A DNA stretch of 64,000 nucleotides, taken from Malacoraja senta (taxonomy: Eukaryota). Of this stretch, positions 38,295 to 52,199 are shown piece by piece. Position numbers and translations under genes: made by a program. The DNA lies in the NCBI GenBank assembly GCA_038087875.1, contig CM075988.1, positions 6,014,001 to 6,078,000 on the forward strand, in the 5' to 3' direction. The stretch's first letter is position 1, and each line of letters opens with the position of its first letter. The notes beneath the pieces were generated by a model, which was not told the origin of the DNA, ran no database searches, and was given only the letters and a program-made list of their open reading frames with translations.

Positions 38295-41200
38295 GTGAGT
38301 AGAATTTAATCACAAATGATTTGGTTTCACGAATTCTTCTGCAATTCAAACGGAACGCGAAAAAACTGCAGATGTTGGCTATCTGAAATATAAATTCTGG
38401 CAAAACTCGGCTGGCCAAGCAGCATCTGTGAACGACCATCCTCTGGAAACATTGATTGTGTTTCTCTCTTCACAGATGCTGCCTGACCTTGTGAGTATTT
38501 CCAGCATTTTCTGTTTTATTTCAATTCTCTGTGTTCTCTTGCCTTCACTGTGTTACTGAACGCAGTGATCTTAGGAAAGCTCAATTTTTTGGCAAACGTC
38601 AAGATTGTCGATGATATGGAGACCTCTTAAACCTCTGTTGTGAGATTAATAAACTTGTGATGTGCAAGGTGCTGTCAGCATATTATTGTAACATCCTGCA
38701 CCAATTCCGAACACTATCATTGAGGCAGTCGACACAGCTGTGATGGCTTTTTGTATTGCGAGTACAACTTAGGACAGATCCAGATTAATTGAAATATGGC
38801 TTTGGAAAGGGACTGATGTTTTCTGTGAATGCTATGATATTATTCTCAAACAATTATCTATCACGTAATGAAATAATTATGCGACATTATACTCAGAATG
38901 TACAGTAAATGGAAGCTGAAACAGGGGGCATAGGTTGCATGAATGGAAGTTATTGTTGTACCCTCGGCCATCTTTCTGGCTAAAATCAGCCACCGTAGTT
39001 ACTGTCAGGGTCTGCCACAGTGGAAGACATTTATGATTTCATGGAATAGAGAGTTCTACGGCGTGAGGTATAAATGGAGTCAATGGAAGGGAGGTAGGTT
39101 TGTGTGATGGTCTGGGCTGCATCCACAATTCTCTGCAATTTCTCGCGGTCTTGGATGGAGCTGTTCCAAAACCGAGCTGCGATGCATCCTGATAAAATGC
39201 TTTCTATGGTGCATCTGTATGAAATACATATAATGGAAATGTGGCACTAGATCATTCCTTTGTGATGTTTGTGGAAGGCATTAAGATTTGCGGGTTCATT
39301 TTTGCCCACCTTTGCTCAGGTATTAACCACCTTACACCCAGCCACCACAGGCATTAACCACCTTACACCCAGCCACCACAGGCTTGGGTGCTTTTCCCAA
39401 TAACCGCCGTCTTCGATGCTCGATAACAGATTCCCGTGAGTCCAAGCAGATGAATCACATATATCTAAGGTAGACAAAGGTGCTGGAGAAACTCAGCGGG
39501 TGCAGCAGCATCTAAGGAGCGAAGGAAACAGGCAATGTTTTGGGCCGAAGCCCTTCTTCAGACTGATGTAGGGTGGGGGGGATGGGGAGAAGAAAGGAAA
39601 AAAGGAAAAAGGAAGAGGAGGAGCCTGAGGGCTGAGGGAGAGCTGAGAAGGGGAGGAGACAGCAAGGGTTACCGGAAATTGATGAATTCAATGTTTATGC
39701 CACTAGGGTGCAGACTGCCCAAGTCTGTGGTGCTATGAGGTGCTGTGCCACATATATCTGAATGTTATCCAGGCACCTAGATCTCATGCTTAAAGAAGAT
39801 GTTAGGAAGAACTAGCCTAGTTGACGTGATGACTACTTCAGTACATTGGTATTGTGATGGTGATAGAGGCAAAAATCATAAGGTCATAAGGTCATAATTG
39901 ATTGGAGTAGAATTAAGCCATTCAGCCCATCAAGTCTACCGCCATTCAATCATGGCTGATCTATCTCTCCCTCCTAGCCCCATCCTCCTGCCTTCTCCCC
40001 ATAACCTCTGACACCTGCACAAATCAAAAATCTATCTCTGCCTTAAACATATCTGCCGATTTGGCCTCCACAGCCTTGTGTGGCAAAGAATTCCAGATTC
40101 ACCACCCTCTGACAGAAGAAATTTCTCCTCATCTCCTTCCTAAAAGAACGTCCTTTAATTCTGAGGCTACGACCTCTAGTCCTAGACTCTCCCACTGGTG
40201 GAAACATTTGAAGTCCATTTGAATGGAGTTGGTTGCTTGGACAGGAATACTGAGGATCACCCTCACTGTGATCTCGTGTCCATGGTGAGATGTCTACTTT
40301 AAAATCATAGCATCTCTGGGGTATACCTGTTCAGAATATACCCAGTTGGTCGGCACAGTGACATAGCGGTAGAGCTGCTGCCACACGGAGTCAGAGAGCA
40401 AGGTTTGATCCTGACTACGGGCACTATCTGTAAGGAGCTTGTACCTTCTTCCGGGTGCTCCAGTTTCCTCCCACATTCCAAAGACACGCAGGTTTGTAGG
40501 TTAATTGACATCTGTAAATTACCCCTAGTATGTAGGATGCAAAAGTGGGATGACATAGAACTAGTGCGAATGGGCGATCAATGGTCGGCGTGGACTGGAA
40601 GGGCCAAAGGGTCTGTTTCCATACTATATCTCTAAACAGAATAGAATGTATTTTTCTTGAGAATGAAGCCAACATTCTCCCTCAATTATGGATTCACCTC
40701 AGAAGAACACCACGTCTGACTAACTTTTACTTCTTGAAATTTGCCACTTTTGGCATTGTACAAGTCAAGTCAGAGGTTCTGCAGATTCAGAATGACGGAG
40801 GCAGTGTGGAATGGAAGACACAATTTCTGTTTTCAATCTGTTTAAATTACCCTGTCTCTCTATGGAACATCAGAGGCAACTAGCTTCAAGCTAACATTTG
40901 CCCTTTAACCCCTTTCCTTTGCACCGTCTAGGAGTCCTTACAGGTGGAAGATCATCTTTGCCCTCTCCATTTTCAACATTCAATAGGGATTGTTCATCTT
41001 GCAACCCTTCCATCTCCATCAACTCCCTATGGCACTTTCCCACACTATTTTAGAGATGCAACTCCTGCTCTTTTACCTCCCCACCACATCCCCTTCACCC
41101 CCCAACGGTCCTTCTAGGTGAAATGCCAGGCCTCGTTAATCTCAGCATGAAACTATTTTAATTGCTGCATTTTTGACATTGGGTATCTGAATTGTACTAG

Positions 41201-43814
41201 ATACTTGCAATGGCGGTTAATGTGACTGGTGATTAGATTCCCAATAGGTCAACACAAAGTTTGGGAGTAAAGGGCCTGTCCCACGGGCATGCGACTCCAT
41301 GCGGTAAGCGCGACCTAACCGCAAGCGGGGGCCGCGCGGAGGTCGAGTGATCAACTCAGCGGGTCAGGTAGCATCTCTGGAGAAAAAGGATGGGTGATGT
41401 TTCGGATCAGGACCCTTGGTGGCTCTGTGTTATTAGAACCTCTCCAGTGAGAGTTGATTGAATTGGACTGCACAGCGTAACGAGTTCACATACTAGAATG
41501 GTGACAGGTACAGTGACGGCTGAGTTTAATAGTCATTTTTTAAGATGGATACGGTAACCAAAATACAGCCAGTTATGTGACAAGACTCAGTGCCAGTGAG
41601 TTTGTTCCGATAGCAACACATTTCATTGTTATAGCTCCCTTAAATTTGAGAAGTGTCCCAAAGAGTTTCATTTGCACACGATCGGACATTGACACCAACT
41701 CACATTAATATTGGAACAAGACCAAAGGTTTGGCAACAATGTTTCATGATGTATTTAAAGGTTGAGGAAACAATAAAAAGGGTAGAGATTTAAGGTTAAA
41801 TTTTCGGGACGAGACAGATATATAGGCTAGAATTAAAGGGACATATTGTTGGAGAATTGGGGGTGACTGCAGATTGATCCTAAGGTCTACTGTGCTCTGC
41901 AGAAGCTCATAATAATGTTCATTAAGAATTAGAACATCATAATGATTGAGACAAATGTAATCTGTGCTAATGAGCTTCAGTTGGAGGAAGAGGGGACATC
42001 CAGTCACAAACCTTTGTTTGCTCACCTTACAGGTAAGTTACTGTATATCATTTTCCTCAAACTTAGACAATGACCATCAGTGAAAGAGACTTACTCAAGC
42101 TGCTTGTAGTTACACCATCTTGATGCTCTATCTAAGCTCATGTAAACAGAACCAGTACTGTCATTCTATTAAATCACAGATGATCTGTGTACTTTCCCTT
42201 GGTTCATATTCTATATTAGCATCACGTTATGAAAACTTACATCATTTTCAATCACAACTGTGAAATGGCCACCCAGCATTTTGGATAGAGATTTACAGAT
42301 TTCTACAACATCCATGAAGATTGGCTGGACACAAAAAGCTGAAGTAATTCAGCGGGACAGGCAGCATCTCTGGAGAGAAGGAATGGGTGACGATTCAGGT
42401 CGAGACCCTACTTCAGACCTATTTCTTCTCTCCAGAGATGCTGCCTGTCCCGCTGACTTACTCCAGTACTCCAGCTTTTTGTGTCCATCTTCGGTTTAAA
42501 CCTGCATTTGCAGTTCCTTCCTACACATGATGATCCCTTCCTGGTTTCATTCCTGAATGACCGAGCTTTAACTTTAAGATGTGCCTCCCTGTCCAAATTC
42601 TCTCATGAAATGATTTCCATCTTTTCTAAGTCTTTTGTTTAACCACATTTTACCCCGTCAATGCTGTGTAGTTCCCCTCTTGGGGCTGACTAAAGCTCCT
42701 TACAATTCAAGAATGACTTCTTCCTTTACACACCAAATTGTTGAGATGTAGACCATTAGATTTTTAAAATAATGATTCACATTTGGCCACCAGGTTTAAC
42801 TGATTTAAGCACGAGGGCATCAAATGTCTTTGTTTCCTGACAGTAGACTCTAACAGTGTTGACTCTAACAGTCGTAGACTCTAACAGTGTTGAAACAGGC
42901 TCTTCGGCCCAACTTGCCCACATCGGCCAACATGTCCCAGCTACACTAGTCCCACCTGCCTGCGTTTAGCCCATATCCCTCTAAACCCATTATTTCCATG
43001 TACCTGTCTAAATATTTCTTAAACGTTGTGGTAGTCCCTGCCTCAACTACCTCCTCTGGCAACTTGTTCAATACACCCACCACCCTTTGTGTCTTTTCCC
43101 CCTCACTTTAAACCAGGTACTCTGGTTTTCGGTTCCCCTACTCTGGGCAAGAGACTCCGTGTGTTTACCCGATATTGCTCTGACATTAATGTTTCACCTG
43201 AGCAATTGGTAAGGCAGTGTTTCCATGAACATTGACATGTTTTAATAACAAATATTGAAAACATTTGTGCAGACAAAAGACAGCAGGATTATGCGAATTG
43301 CTAGCTCCTAAGACTGCAATGGTAAAATCAATAGAAGTAGTGAATGAGCAGATAGCAGTTCTGGTTAAATGATGGTATGAGGATTTGCAGAGAAATCGTA
43401 CGGACTCAGGGGAAGGAGCAGGCTCTGGTTTTACAGAAGAGGCAGGATAATCTCTATGGACAAATTAATTGCTTCCAATTCCTACATAAGGTGTTTCCTC
43501 ATTGATCTGTTCATGTTAACCATATGTAATACCCTGTCTAAGAAGGAATTGCAGATGCTGGAAAAATCGAAGGTAGATAAAAATGCTGGAGAAACACAGC
43601 AGGTGAGGCAGCATCTATGGAGCGAAGGAATAGGTAACGTTTCAGGTTGAGACCCTTCTTCATATATGTAATACCTTGTTCCTTTTGATTGTCCACTGGC
43701 TAATTGTCACTAGGAAGAGCTGAAAGGCAAAGGCAGGACTAGATTCTGACTTGTTCGCTGGCCTTCCACCGATTTGGTGTGACTAATCTCTCTAGTCCTT
43801 CATGCCATGTATAG

Positions 43815-44075
43815 ATCTGCCAGCCGGGAGGCCCATCTGCACCGTGCTGTCTGTTAATGATAACCAGGATATTGCTCTGTGGTGCTCTTGGGAAGGTGGA
43901 GACCCTGCAGCGACCCTTCGCTGGGTTAATCCGCTGAGCGGCGGCACCGATGCTGAGGGAAAGTCCAGTGTTTCAAGAGTCATCCAAGGCCAGGAGATGG
44001 CACACAACAGTACGTACGCCTGCAGGCCTTCCCACCCAGCTCTGAGGGCAGACTGGTCATGCAAAACCACCGCAC
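43815..44075 (+). CDS. VSIG10L2: VSIG10L2-like exon 5, Ig domain
   Basis: tatag|ATCTGCCA (YLPAGRPIC) to GCAC|GTGAGT. Peptide LWCSWEGGDPAATLRW...YAC. Confidence 0.85.
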
Positions 44076-45241
44076 GTGAGTAGAACTGGTTCATATATAA
44101 CTGCGCAGAAAATCTAGCTTCTTACCATGATGCCCACTGCCGTCTCCACCTATCACTCCCCACCCCAGCCTCCACCCCTCAACCCTAAAGCAATAATTTC
44201 TCCCAACATCGGAAGCTTCTGATTATTTGTTTGTAGGAACTTTATACTGCACTCAATGCACAATGGTCAACTGGAATAATCACAAGGAACTAGGGGTAGG
44301 AGTAGAGCATTTGGCCTCTCCGTTCATTATGATCATGGCTGATCTACACTGGCCTCAACTCCTCTTCTGTCCCACTTCCCCAATCCCTCAATTCCGTAAT
44401 AGTCGTTGAGTCTCCCAGCGCAGAAACAGGCCCTTCAGCCCAACTTGCCCACACCAACCAACATGTCCCATCTACACTAGTCCTACCTGCCTGCGTTTGG
44501 CCCATATCCCTCTAAATCTGTCATATCCATGTAACAGTCTAAATGTTTCTTAAACTTTGCGGTAGTGCCCATCTCAAATACCTCCTCTAGCAGCTCGTTC
44601 CATACACCCACTACTACCCTTTGCGTGAAAACGTTAGACATCAGGTTCCTATTAACTCTTTCCCCCCTCACCCTAAACTTATGTCCTCTGGTTCTCGATT
44701 TCTGGCTAATATCCTCGTAAATCTTCTCTGTACCCTTTCCAGCTTGACAACATCATTCCAATAACATGCTGCCCAGAAATGAACACAATGCTCTAAATAC
44801 TCGAATCTATCAAATATTTATCTGTTTGCATCTTAAATATATCAATAATCCCGCCTCCCTGACCAGACATTGGACTGCTGCACTACAATGTTGAGAACTT
44901 GATTCTGCACTCTGTACCTTCTCAATTGCTTTACCTATGAGTTAGATTTGATTGTATGTAAAAGTATCATCTGATATGATTGAGCAGCATACAAAGCCAC
45001 CATTTTTCACTGTACCTTGGTACACATGACAATAATAAAGCTAAAATTAACCCTAAATATAAGCAGAGATATTTTTTCTGTGTCATTTCTGGCGTAATTG
45101 GGAAATCACTTATTTTTTTAAGTGAACTCTAGTTTTTGGTTTTCCCACAAGGGAAAACATCCACTTTATCCTTTATATCCTTTATCAACTTGCCTCACTT
45201 TAAATCACTTACACCTTGAGTTATTCAATGATTCATTCAGC

Positions 45242-46218
45242 GGCGGCACAATGGTGCAGTGGTAGAGTTGCTGCCTTACAGCGCCAGAGACCCAGGTTCA
45301 ATCTTGATTACGGGTGTTATCCGTACAGAGTTTGTTCGTTCTCCCTGTGACCATGTCGGTTTCTCCAGGTCCTCCCACAGACACTCCAAACACATGCAGG
45401 TTTGTAGGTTAATTGGCTCTCGTAAATAGTAAATTGTCCATAGTGTGTAGGATAGTGTAAGTGTATGGGGTGATTGCTGGTCGGAGCGGACTCAGTATGC
45501 CGAAAGGCCTGTTTCTACACGGTATATCTAAAGTCTAAAGTAAAGTAAAGACTATTTGATCTTAAAATGTGCTTGTGTTTTGGTTATCCCCCAGTGTTGC
45601 CTGAAGGCCGGCCCACATGTACTGCAACCAGCGTGAAGAGCTTGGTATATACCATGCTGTCGTGTAGCTGGGAAGGGGGCCTACCACAGGCTTCACTGCA
45701 ATGGACAGACTGGAGAAGTGTCTTCTTGGGCAAGGCTGAACGATCCATCAACAACCAAGTGCTAAAGTCCAGCCCAGCATACAATGGCAAGCAATTCATC
45801 TGCCAAGCAACACATCCGTTGACCAGAAGTAGGTCCTGCAACATTCAACTAGGTGAGGAGCGCTTCTGAGAAAAATATTATTTTACAGTTGCCATGCACA
45901 GCGGTACCGTGGTGCAGCGGTAGAGTTGCTACTTTACAGCGCTTTCAGTGCCAGAGACCCAGGTTCAATCCTGAATACGGGTGCTGTCTGTACGGAGTTT
46001 GTACGTTCTCAACCTGACCACGTGGGTTTTCTCCAAGATCTTCGGTTTCCTCCCGCTTTCCAAAGACGTACAGATTTGTAGGTTAATTGCCTTACTATAA
46101 ATGTAAATTGTCCCTAATGTGTGTAGGATAGTGTTAATGTGCGGGATCGCTGGTCAGCATGGACTCGGTGGGCCGAAGGGCCTGTTTCCGCACTGTATGT
46201 TCTAAACTAAGCTAAACT
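45242..46218 (+). mobile_element. Two HE1/V-SINEs closely flanking exon 6 (45242-45550 and 45901-46218)
   Basis: Full-length direct copies about 45-50 bp from each splice site. Confidence 0.82.
45595..45852 (+). CDS. VSIG10L2: VSIG10L2-like exon 6, Ig domain
   Basis: cccccag|TGTTGCCT to CTAG|GTGAGG. Peptide LSCSWEGGLPQASLQW...FICQATHP. Confidence 0.85.
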
Positions 46219-46733
46219 ACAGTTAATCACTGTTTTTACCCTCAAAGTGTGGAGTGGTTAAACTTTGATTAATACAGTGCTTAGTTCTTACCAAAGATAA
46301 ACACAAAATGCTGGAGTAACTCAGCGGGTCAGGCAGCATCTCTGGAGAAAATGGATAGGTTAAGTTTGGGTAGGGACCATTCTTCAGTCTCGAGGAAAGG
46401 TTTCGACCTGAAACATCACCAGTCCACTTTCTTTAGAGATGTTGCCTGACCCACTGAGTTACTCCAATATATTGTGTCTTTGGTTTAAATCAGCATCAGC
46501 AGTTCCTTTTTATTACATTTAGTTCATATCACTTTTAGTAAAGAATTGACTTGAGCAGGTATTGAGATTTAGGCAAAATGGTTCTGGGTATTCTCTGATT
46601 AACAATAGTTTTCGTATAAAAGCCCCACAATGGATAAAATACTCACACTCACATACTAATATGCGCATTCATTCTTATACAAAGATAACACACACACTCA
46701 AATACACGTATATAAATTTACACTTACTCACAT

Positions 46734-47144
46734 CTTCTCTGTGGATTGTCACCTTGTCGTGGCGGAGAAGCTTGTGTGATCCTGAGAGCGATGCCATCTG
46801 GAGCTATGCTCCTGGTAGGGCCACCCATGGCGGTAAGGTCGAGGGGGAGGTCTCTGACAAAGAGCAATCCAACCAAGACCTCAACGGTGGAACAGGCGGA
46901 GGACGATGGCTGACTTTAGTGGAGCGTCACAACGGCTGGGAAGGCGGATGAAGGCTGCAGCAGAAAAAGGGTCCCCGGTCGTCTTGGACTCCATGCCACT
47001 GGATTCTGACCTAGATCTGTCAAGGACCGTGGGGTGGCTGTCTGTGCACCAGTCTCCCCACGTTAAACAAAGTCACGCACAGGCGTCCTCCAACCCTGGA
47101 GACACCCATGGTCAGCCATTACCGAAGGGGGGCTAAGAAAGAAG
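46734..47144 (+). mobile_element. RTE-derived short non-autonomous element
   Basis: TSD ACTCACAT at 46726-46733 and 47145-47152. RTE/Expander-like 5' UTR (TTGTCGTGG...CCTGGTAGGG..CCCATGGC) and AAG-rich tail. Confidence 0.7.
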
Positions 47145-47750
47145 ACTCACATATGTACACATAAAGGAAGTCTTTGAGTATAGTCAGACAGCATGGAAAC
47201 AGGCCCTTCAGCCCATCGATTTCATGCTGACCATCAACCACCCATTTGTACCAATCCTACACTAATCCCAATTTATTCTCCCCACGTTTCCATCGACTCC
47301 TCCCAGACTTGACCATTCACCTACAAAACCAGGGGCAGCTTACAGCAGCCAATTAACCTGCCAAGCCACACAATTCCAGTCTAACATGACGGTGATAGTG
47401 GCTGGGGAAGGGCTCCCTCACCATTCACGTGGAACTCAATGTCACTGGTTGAACTCCTCACCATGTAACCTGCAGCCACGACATGAACAGCTGACAATAT
47501 CGCAGGCCACTCCTTTCATGGTGATGGAGGTTTTAGTGTTAGTTTTAGGTTTAGAGATACAGCATGGAAACAGGCCCTTCGTCCCACTGAGTCCACGCCG
47601 ACCATCGATTATCCCTTCTCACTAGTTATCCCACTAGACACTAAGGACAATTTACAGAGGCCAGTTAACCTATAAACATGCACATCTTCAGGATGTTGGA
47701 GGAAACCAGAACACCTGGAGGAAACACACGTGGTCACGGGGAGAACGTAA

Positions 47751-48288
47751 AGGGCCTGTCCCACTTGGGCAACCTTATCCGCGAGTTCTGGTGAGTTTAC
47801 CCTCGACATACTCACAGCATGGTCAGCACGAGGTCGTAGGAGGTCTTCGTAACTCTCCTTCATGCTCGAGAGTGGTCTCCGTGTACTCGAGGCCTCAGCT
47901 AGATCGGGGCGTTTTTTTCAATATGTTAAAAAATGCCCGCGAGTAAAAAAAGGTCGCCATGGAAAAAATCGATACTTTTTTTACGCGTAGGTTTGGCCAT
48001 AGTAGGTCGTAGTAGGTCGGCATGTTAGTTGTAGATAATCGAGGGTATATGAAGGTAGTCGAAAGTAGTCGTAGAGAGTCTTCAACATAGTCGAAGGGAG
48101 GTCGAAGGAGATCGAAGGAGGTCGTCTTCACTCTCCACTATTCGATGTCCAATTTTCCTGAAGTTAGTCGTAACTAGTCGTAGCTAGTCGAAGCTGGTCT
48201 TCAACATAGTCGTAGGAGGTCTTCATCATGTCATTTTTTAAAACTCTTCTAAACTCGTCAATTAGGACGCCCAAGTGAGACAGCCCCT
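47751..48288. mobile_element. PIF/Harbinger-type MITE inserted in an HE1 SINE
   Basis: TAA-AGGGCCTGTCCCACTTGGGC...GCCCAAGTGAGACAGCCCCT-TAA. Confidence 0.82.
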
Positions 48289-48519
48289 TAAAACTCTCCA
48301 CAGACAGCACCCGAGGTCAGGATCGAACCTGGGTCTCTGGCGCTGTACGGCAGCAACTCTACCGCTGCGCTAACAGGTCGCCCAAGGGCAATCAAACTTC
48401 AGGAAATCTATGTTGAAATACTTGGAATTCAGCACAACCTCTACCCGGGATCTCCTGTCCTTAGCGGGAGTAAAGGTGTTATTGAGATCTATAATTGACA
48501 GCTTTCGTCCTGATTGCAG

Positions 48520-48810
48520 AGGCTCCCAACCTTCTCACCCCGAGAAATGCAGTGACAGTTTTCGAGGGGAGTGATGTCCACATGACCTGCGTCCTCAAAG
48601 CTGCCTACCCCGCCTCAGAGATCGCCTGGCACAACAACAGGAACGAAAGCATCTGGCTCAAGCCCAAGAAGTACCAGCTTCACCACGAGGCCTTCTGGTC
48701 AAACCTGACCATTCGGGAGACAGACGGAGACGTCGACAATGGAACATACTGGTGCACATCCGTCAACGTGGTGGGGAGTGCGACTATGGGCATCAAGCTC
48801 CGTGTGAACA
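48520..48810 (+). CDS. VSIG10L2: VSIG10L2-like exon 7, Ig domain
   Basis: ttgcag|AGGCTCCC to AACA|GTGAGT. Peptide VHMTC...IAW...DNGTYWC. Confidence 0.85.
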
Positions 48811-48852
48811 GTGAGTCAGCCTCTCCCCACTGCTTAGCTCTGTAGAAAGTAA

Positions 48853-49101
48853 AGGGCCTGTCCCACTTGGCCGTCATTTGCGCGTAATTTACGCGACATC
48901 ATTTACGCGCCACGACGCACGATGCGCGCATCGTGACACGCACGTGATGCGCGCTTGGTGCGCATTACGCGCGCATGGTGCGTGATGACATAGGCAGTGA
49001 CGCGCGGTTGCATGCGGCATCACAGGATTTTGTGATGTTGTACAAAATCATCGCTCGCCATCTGCGTGACGTGCAAATGACGGCCAAGTGGGACAGGCCC
49101 T
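48853..49101. mobile_element. PIF/Harbinger-type MITE, CpG-rich, about 40 bp after exon 7
   Basis: Perfect TIR AGGGCCTGTCCCACTTGGCCGTCATTTGC; flanks TAA and TTA. Confidence 0.85.
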
Positions 49102-49517
49102 TTACACTGAGTCGTAAACTTTCTGTATGTGTGCATGTGGGTAGGTGTGAAATTGCACTTGGCTACTGGAGTGCATGTATATGTTTGAGCAGGAATGTTT
49201 ATGTGGATTACGCGTGTGGTTGCGTGTGCAGGCCCACCACCGATATTCCGGCAACTCCTGCTCCGGCACCTCCTTTAATCCAGACAAAATTACGAGAGCG
49301 CGTTTGAAATCTCCCACGGAGGCCCCCCCTGAAAATGTGGTGCCTAATTCGTTCCCATAGCCGACTTTTGCGGCCGACTTTGCGGGCCGGTATCTCAGCT
49401 CTTGGCCATCTCAGTCGAACCGATCGGTACTGTAGGATTCCTCTCGGAGAACGTGACCTCTGTTGGTCCAGCAAAACACATAATCCAGAAAGGCTCTGGA
49501 ACCATTCCTCATCTTTA

Positions 49518-49949
49518 AGGGCCTGCCCCATTTTCACGAGTTATTCACGAATTCTCCCAAGTTTTCCCCTTGATTCAAACTCAAAGAATGTTCATAACGA
49601 GTCCGTAGAAGGTCATAGGAGTTCGTAGATATATCGTAGCGGCTCGTTATGCCAGCCGTAGGTACTCGTGGCATCAGGTAAGTCGGGACGTTTTTTCCAG
49701 CCTGATAAAAAATGTCCACGAGTAACAATATGGTCGGGATGAAAGAAATTGCAACGTTTTACTCGTAAGGAGGGCATCGAAATAGTCGTGGGAATTCGTA
49801 GACATACTCGTAGGAGTTAGTAGGAGATCGTGAACAAAGTCGTGGAAGGTCGTAGGAGTTCGTAGATTACCACGATCTTGATTTTTTTTTTTAGGTCCCT
49901 TAAACTCGGCAGAGGTTTTGAATTAAGTCGTGAAAGTGGGACAGGCCCT
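49518..49949. mobile_element. PIF/Harbinger-type MITE
   Basis: AGGGCCTGCCCCATTTTCACGA...TCGTGAAAGTGGGACAGGCCCT. Confidence 0.78.
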
Positions 49950-50400
49950 TGAGGCTGTGGGATGGCTGTTGAAAGTTAAACCACATCTGTGATCACGTTG
50001 CTTTTAAAGCTTTGATCTTGACTACCACTGGTTATCCTAAGCAAATTTGGGGCAATGTTGAGGTGCAGAAGTCAATTGCTACCCCCATAATTAAAACGCA
50101 TACTATGCAAATAAAAGTAGAAAGTGCTGGAACTACTCAGCAATTCATGCAGCATCCATGGAGAGAGAATAATACAATTCATAAGCTCATAAGTGATGGA
50201 TTGAATCATGGCTGGTCTATCTCTCCCTTCTAACCCCATTCCCCTGCCTTCTCCCCATAACCCCTGCAATCCTTACTAATCAAGAATCCATCTATATCTG
50301 CCTTAAAAATATCAATTGACGGCCTCCACAGCCTCCTGTGGCAAAGATCTCCACAAATTCACCATCCTCTGACTAAAGAAATTGCTCCTTATCTCCTTTT

Positions 50401-50712
50401 AGTTTAGTTTAGTTTAGAGAGACAGCGCGGAAATGGCCCTTTGACCCATTGGGTCGGCGCCGACCAGCGATCCCCGCACATTAACATTATCCTACACACA
50501 CAAGGAACAATTTTACATTTATACCAAGCCAATTTACCTGCAAATCTGTACGCCTTTAGAGTGTGGGAGGAAACTGAAGACCTCGGAGAAAACCCATTTG
50601 GGTCTCGGGGAGAACGTACAAACTGCGTACAGGCAGCACCCGTAGTCAGGATCGAACCCGGGTCTCCGGCGCTCCATTCATTGTAAGGCAGCAACTCTAC
50701 CGCTGCACCACG
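50401..50712 (-). mobile_element. HE1/V-SINE inserted in a CR1 3' fragment (about 50200-51805)
   Basis: CR1 sequence ATCTCCT|...|TAAAGGAACATCC resumes after the SINE. Confidence 0.8.
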
Positions 50713-51071
50713 TAAAGGAACATCCTTTACTTCTGAGGCTGTGACCTCTAGTCCTAGATTATCCACTAGTGGAAACATCATCTCCATATCCACTCTATCC
50801 AAGCTTTTCACTATTCTGCACATTTCAATGAGGACACCCTTATCGTTCTAAACTCCAGCGAGTACGGGCCCAGTGTTCGTCAAACGCTCATCATATGTTA
50901 TTCCACTCATTCCTGGCATCATTCTTGTAAACCTCCTCTGGACTCTCTCCAGAGCCAGCACATCCTTCCTCAGATATGGTGCTCAAAATTGCTCACAATA
51001 CTCCAAATGCGGCCTGACCAGCGCCTTATAGAGCCTGAGCAATACATCCCTGTTTTTGTATTCCAGCCCCC

Positions 51072-51773
51072 TTTCTTCCAGCTGCTTCTTCGCCCCTTCC
51101 TCGCGGCCTACCATTGAACCTGGAGCGGCCTTTCCTGTCGGGACCGGCCAGGATTACAGCTTCGGCGGCGTCACAGCGCTGGGATACCAACACGGGGCGG
51201 GCGATGCCCTCTCCGGGTCACTGTGCGGTGACCACCGACTCCAACATCGAGGAGCTGTGGCTGCGGAGCGTCCAGCCGCGGACGGCGCTGGATTTAAAAC
51301 ACCGCGGAGCCTGGGATCCGAGATGGCCAGAGTCGGAGCACCAGCCAGCGCGGCCTGAGGACTACGAGTGCCGCGGTCTCCGGGGAGGAAGCAGCCGCTC
51401 CAGACATTTTCCAAGCCACTGAGGAGTGTTTACCCGACTCCGGAGTCCCAGCTTTCCGGCAAAGAGGGCCTGAAAACACCGGACTGGCTGCGGAGGCCAC
51501 AAATAGGCCCCGACCTTGGGTGTTTCTCAGAGGAAGAGGACTTAACTTTTTGATGCCTTTCCCCACATTGGAAAAATTTGATTCTGTTGTGGGGGGACAT
51601 TCATGTTGAATTGTATAATGTGTTATGTCATTTTTCTGATTTTTAATTTTTCTATGGATGTACGGAAACTTTATTATTTCTTTTATTATTTATTTTATGT
51701 AAAGCACTTTGGTTTCAACGCGAGTTGATTTAAACATGCTATATAAATAAAATGTACTTACTTACTTACTTAC
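51072..51773 (+). mobile_element. GC-rich non-coding retroposon, copy C (L2-type tail), nested in a CR1 fragment
   Basis: Body motifs shared with copy A (GGCCTA.CAT...GCGGCCTTTCC and GCCGCGGTCTCCGGGG). Tail TGTAAAGCACTTTGG...GCTATATAAATAAA(TACT)n. Confidence 0.7.
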
Positions 51774-52199
51774 TCTTGATATAAATGCTAGCATTGCATT
51801 TGCCAATATATGTTATGTTATTATTTTAGGGAGATGACCTTTCATTAGAATGTTTGGACTTTATTTCCAGTCATGTTGGATGTCCGTACATTGTCCATAC
51901 ATTGGGCATCCCACTCCATACCATACTGCTAACTGTGGGATATCCTCTATACCCCACTCACCTGATGCAATGGCCCAGTATATTTCTCACTCCATATTGC
52001 ATTGTAACCAAAATGCTGCCTGGATTAGAGAGTATTAGTAAGGAGGAGAACTTGGACAAACTTGGAAAACAAACCTAAAGTGCTGGAGTAACTCAGTGGG
52101 TCAGGAAGCATCACTGGAGAACATGGACAGGTGATGTGAATGTTGTGTCCTGCAGTCACCACTAGAGGGCTCTGTCTCGAAATGACTGTTTCCTCAGGG

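Noticed and set aside
39322..39383. 31-bp tandem duplication (similar ones at about 42843-42892 and 63237-63294)
   Set aside because: Simple local duplications with no further structure.
49228..49480. Possible Tigger-like MITE fragment
   Set aside because: Only one putative terminus is recognisable; insufficient support.
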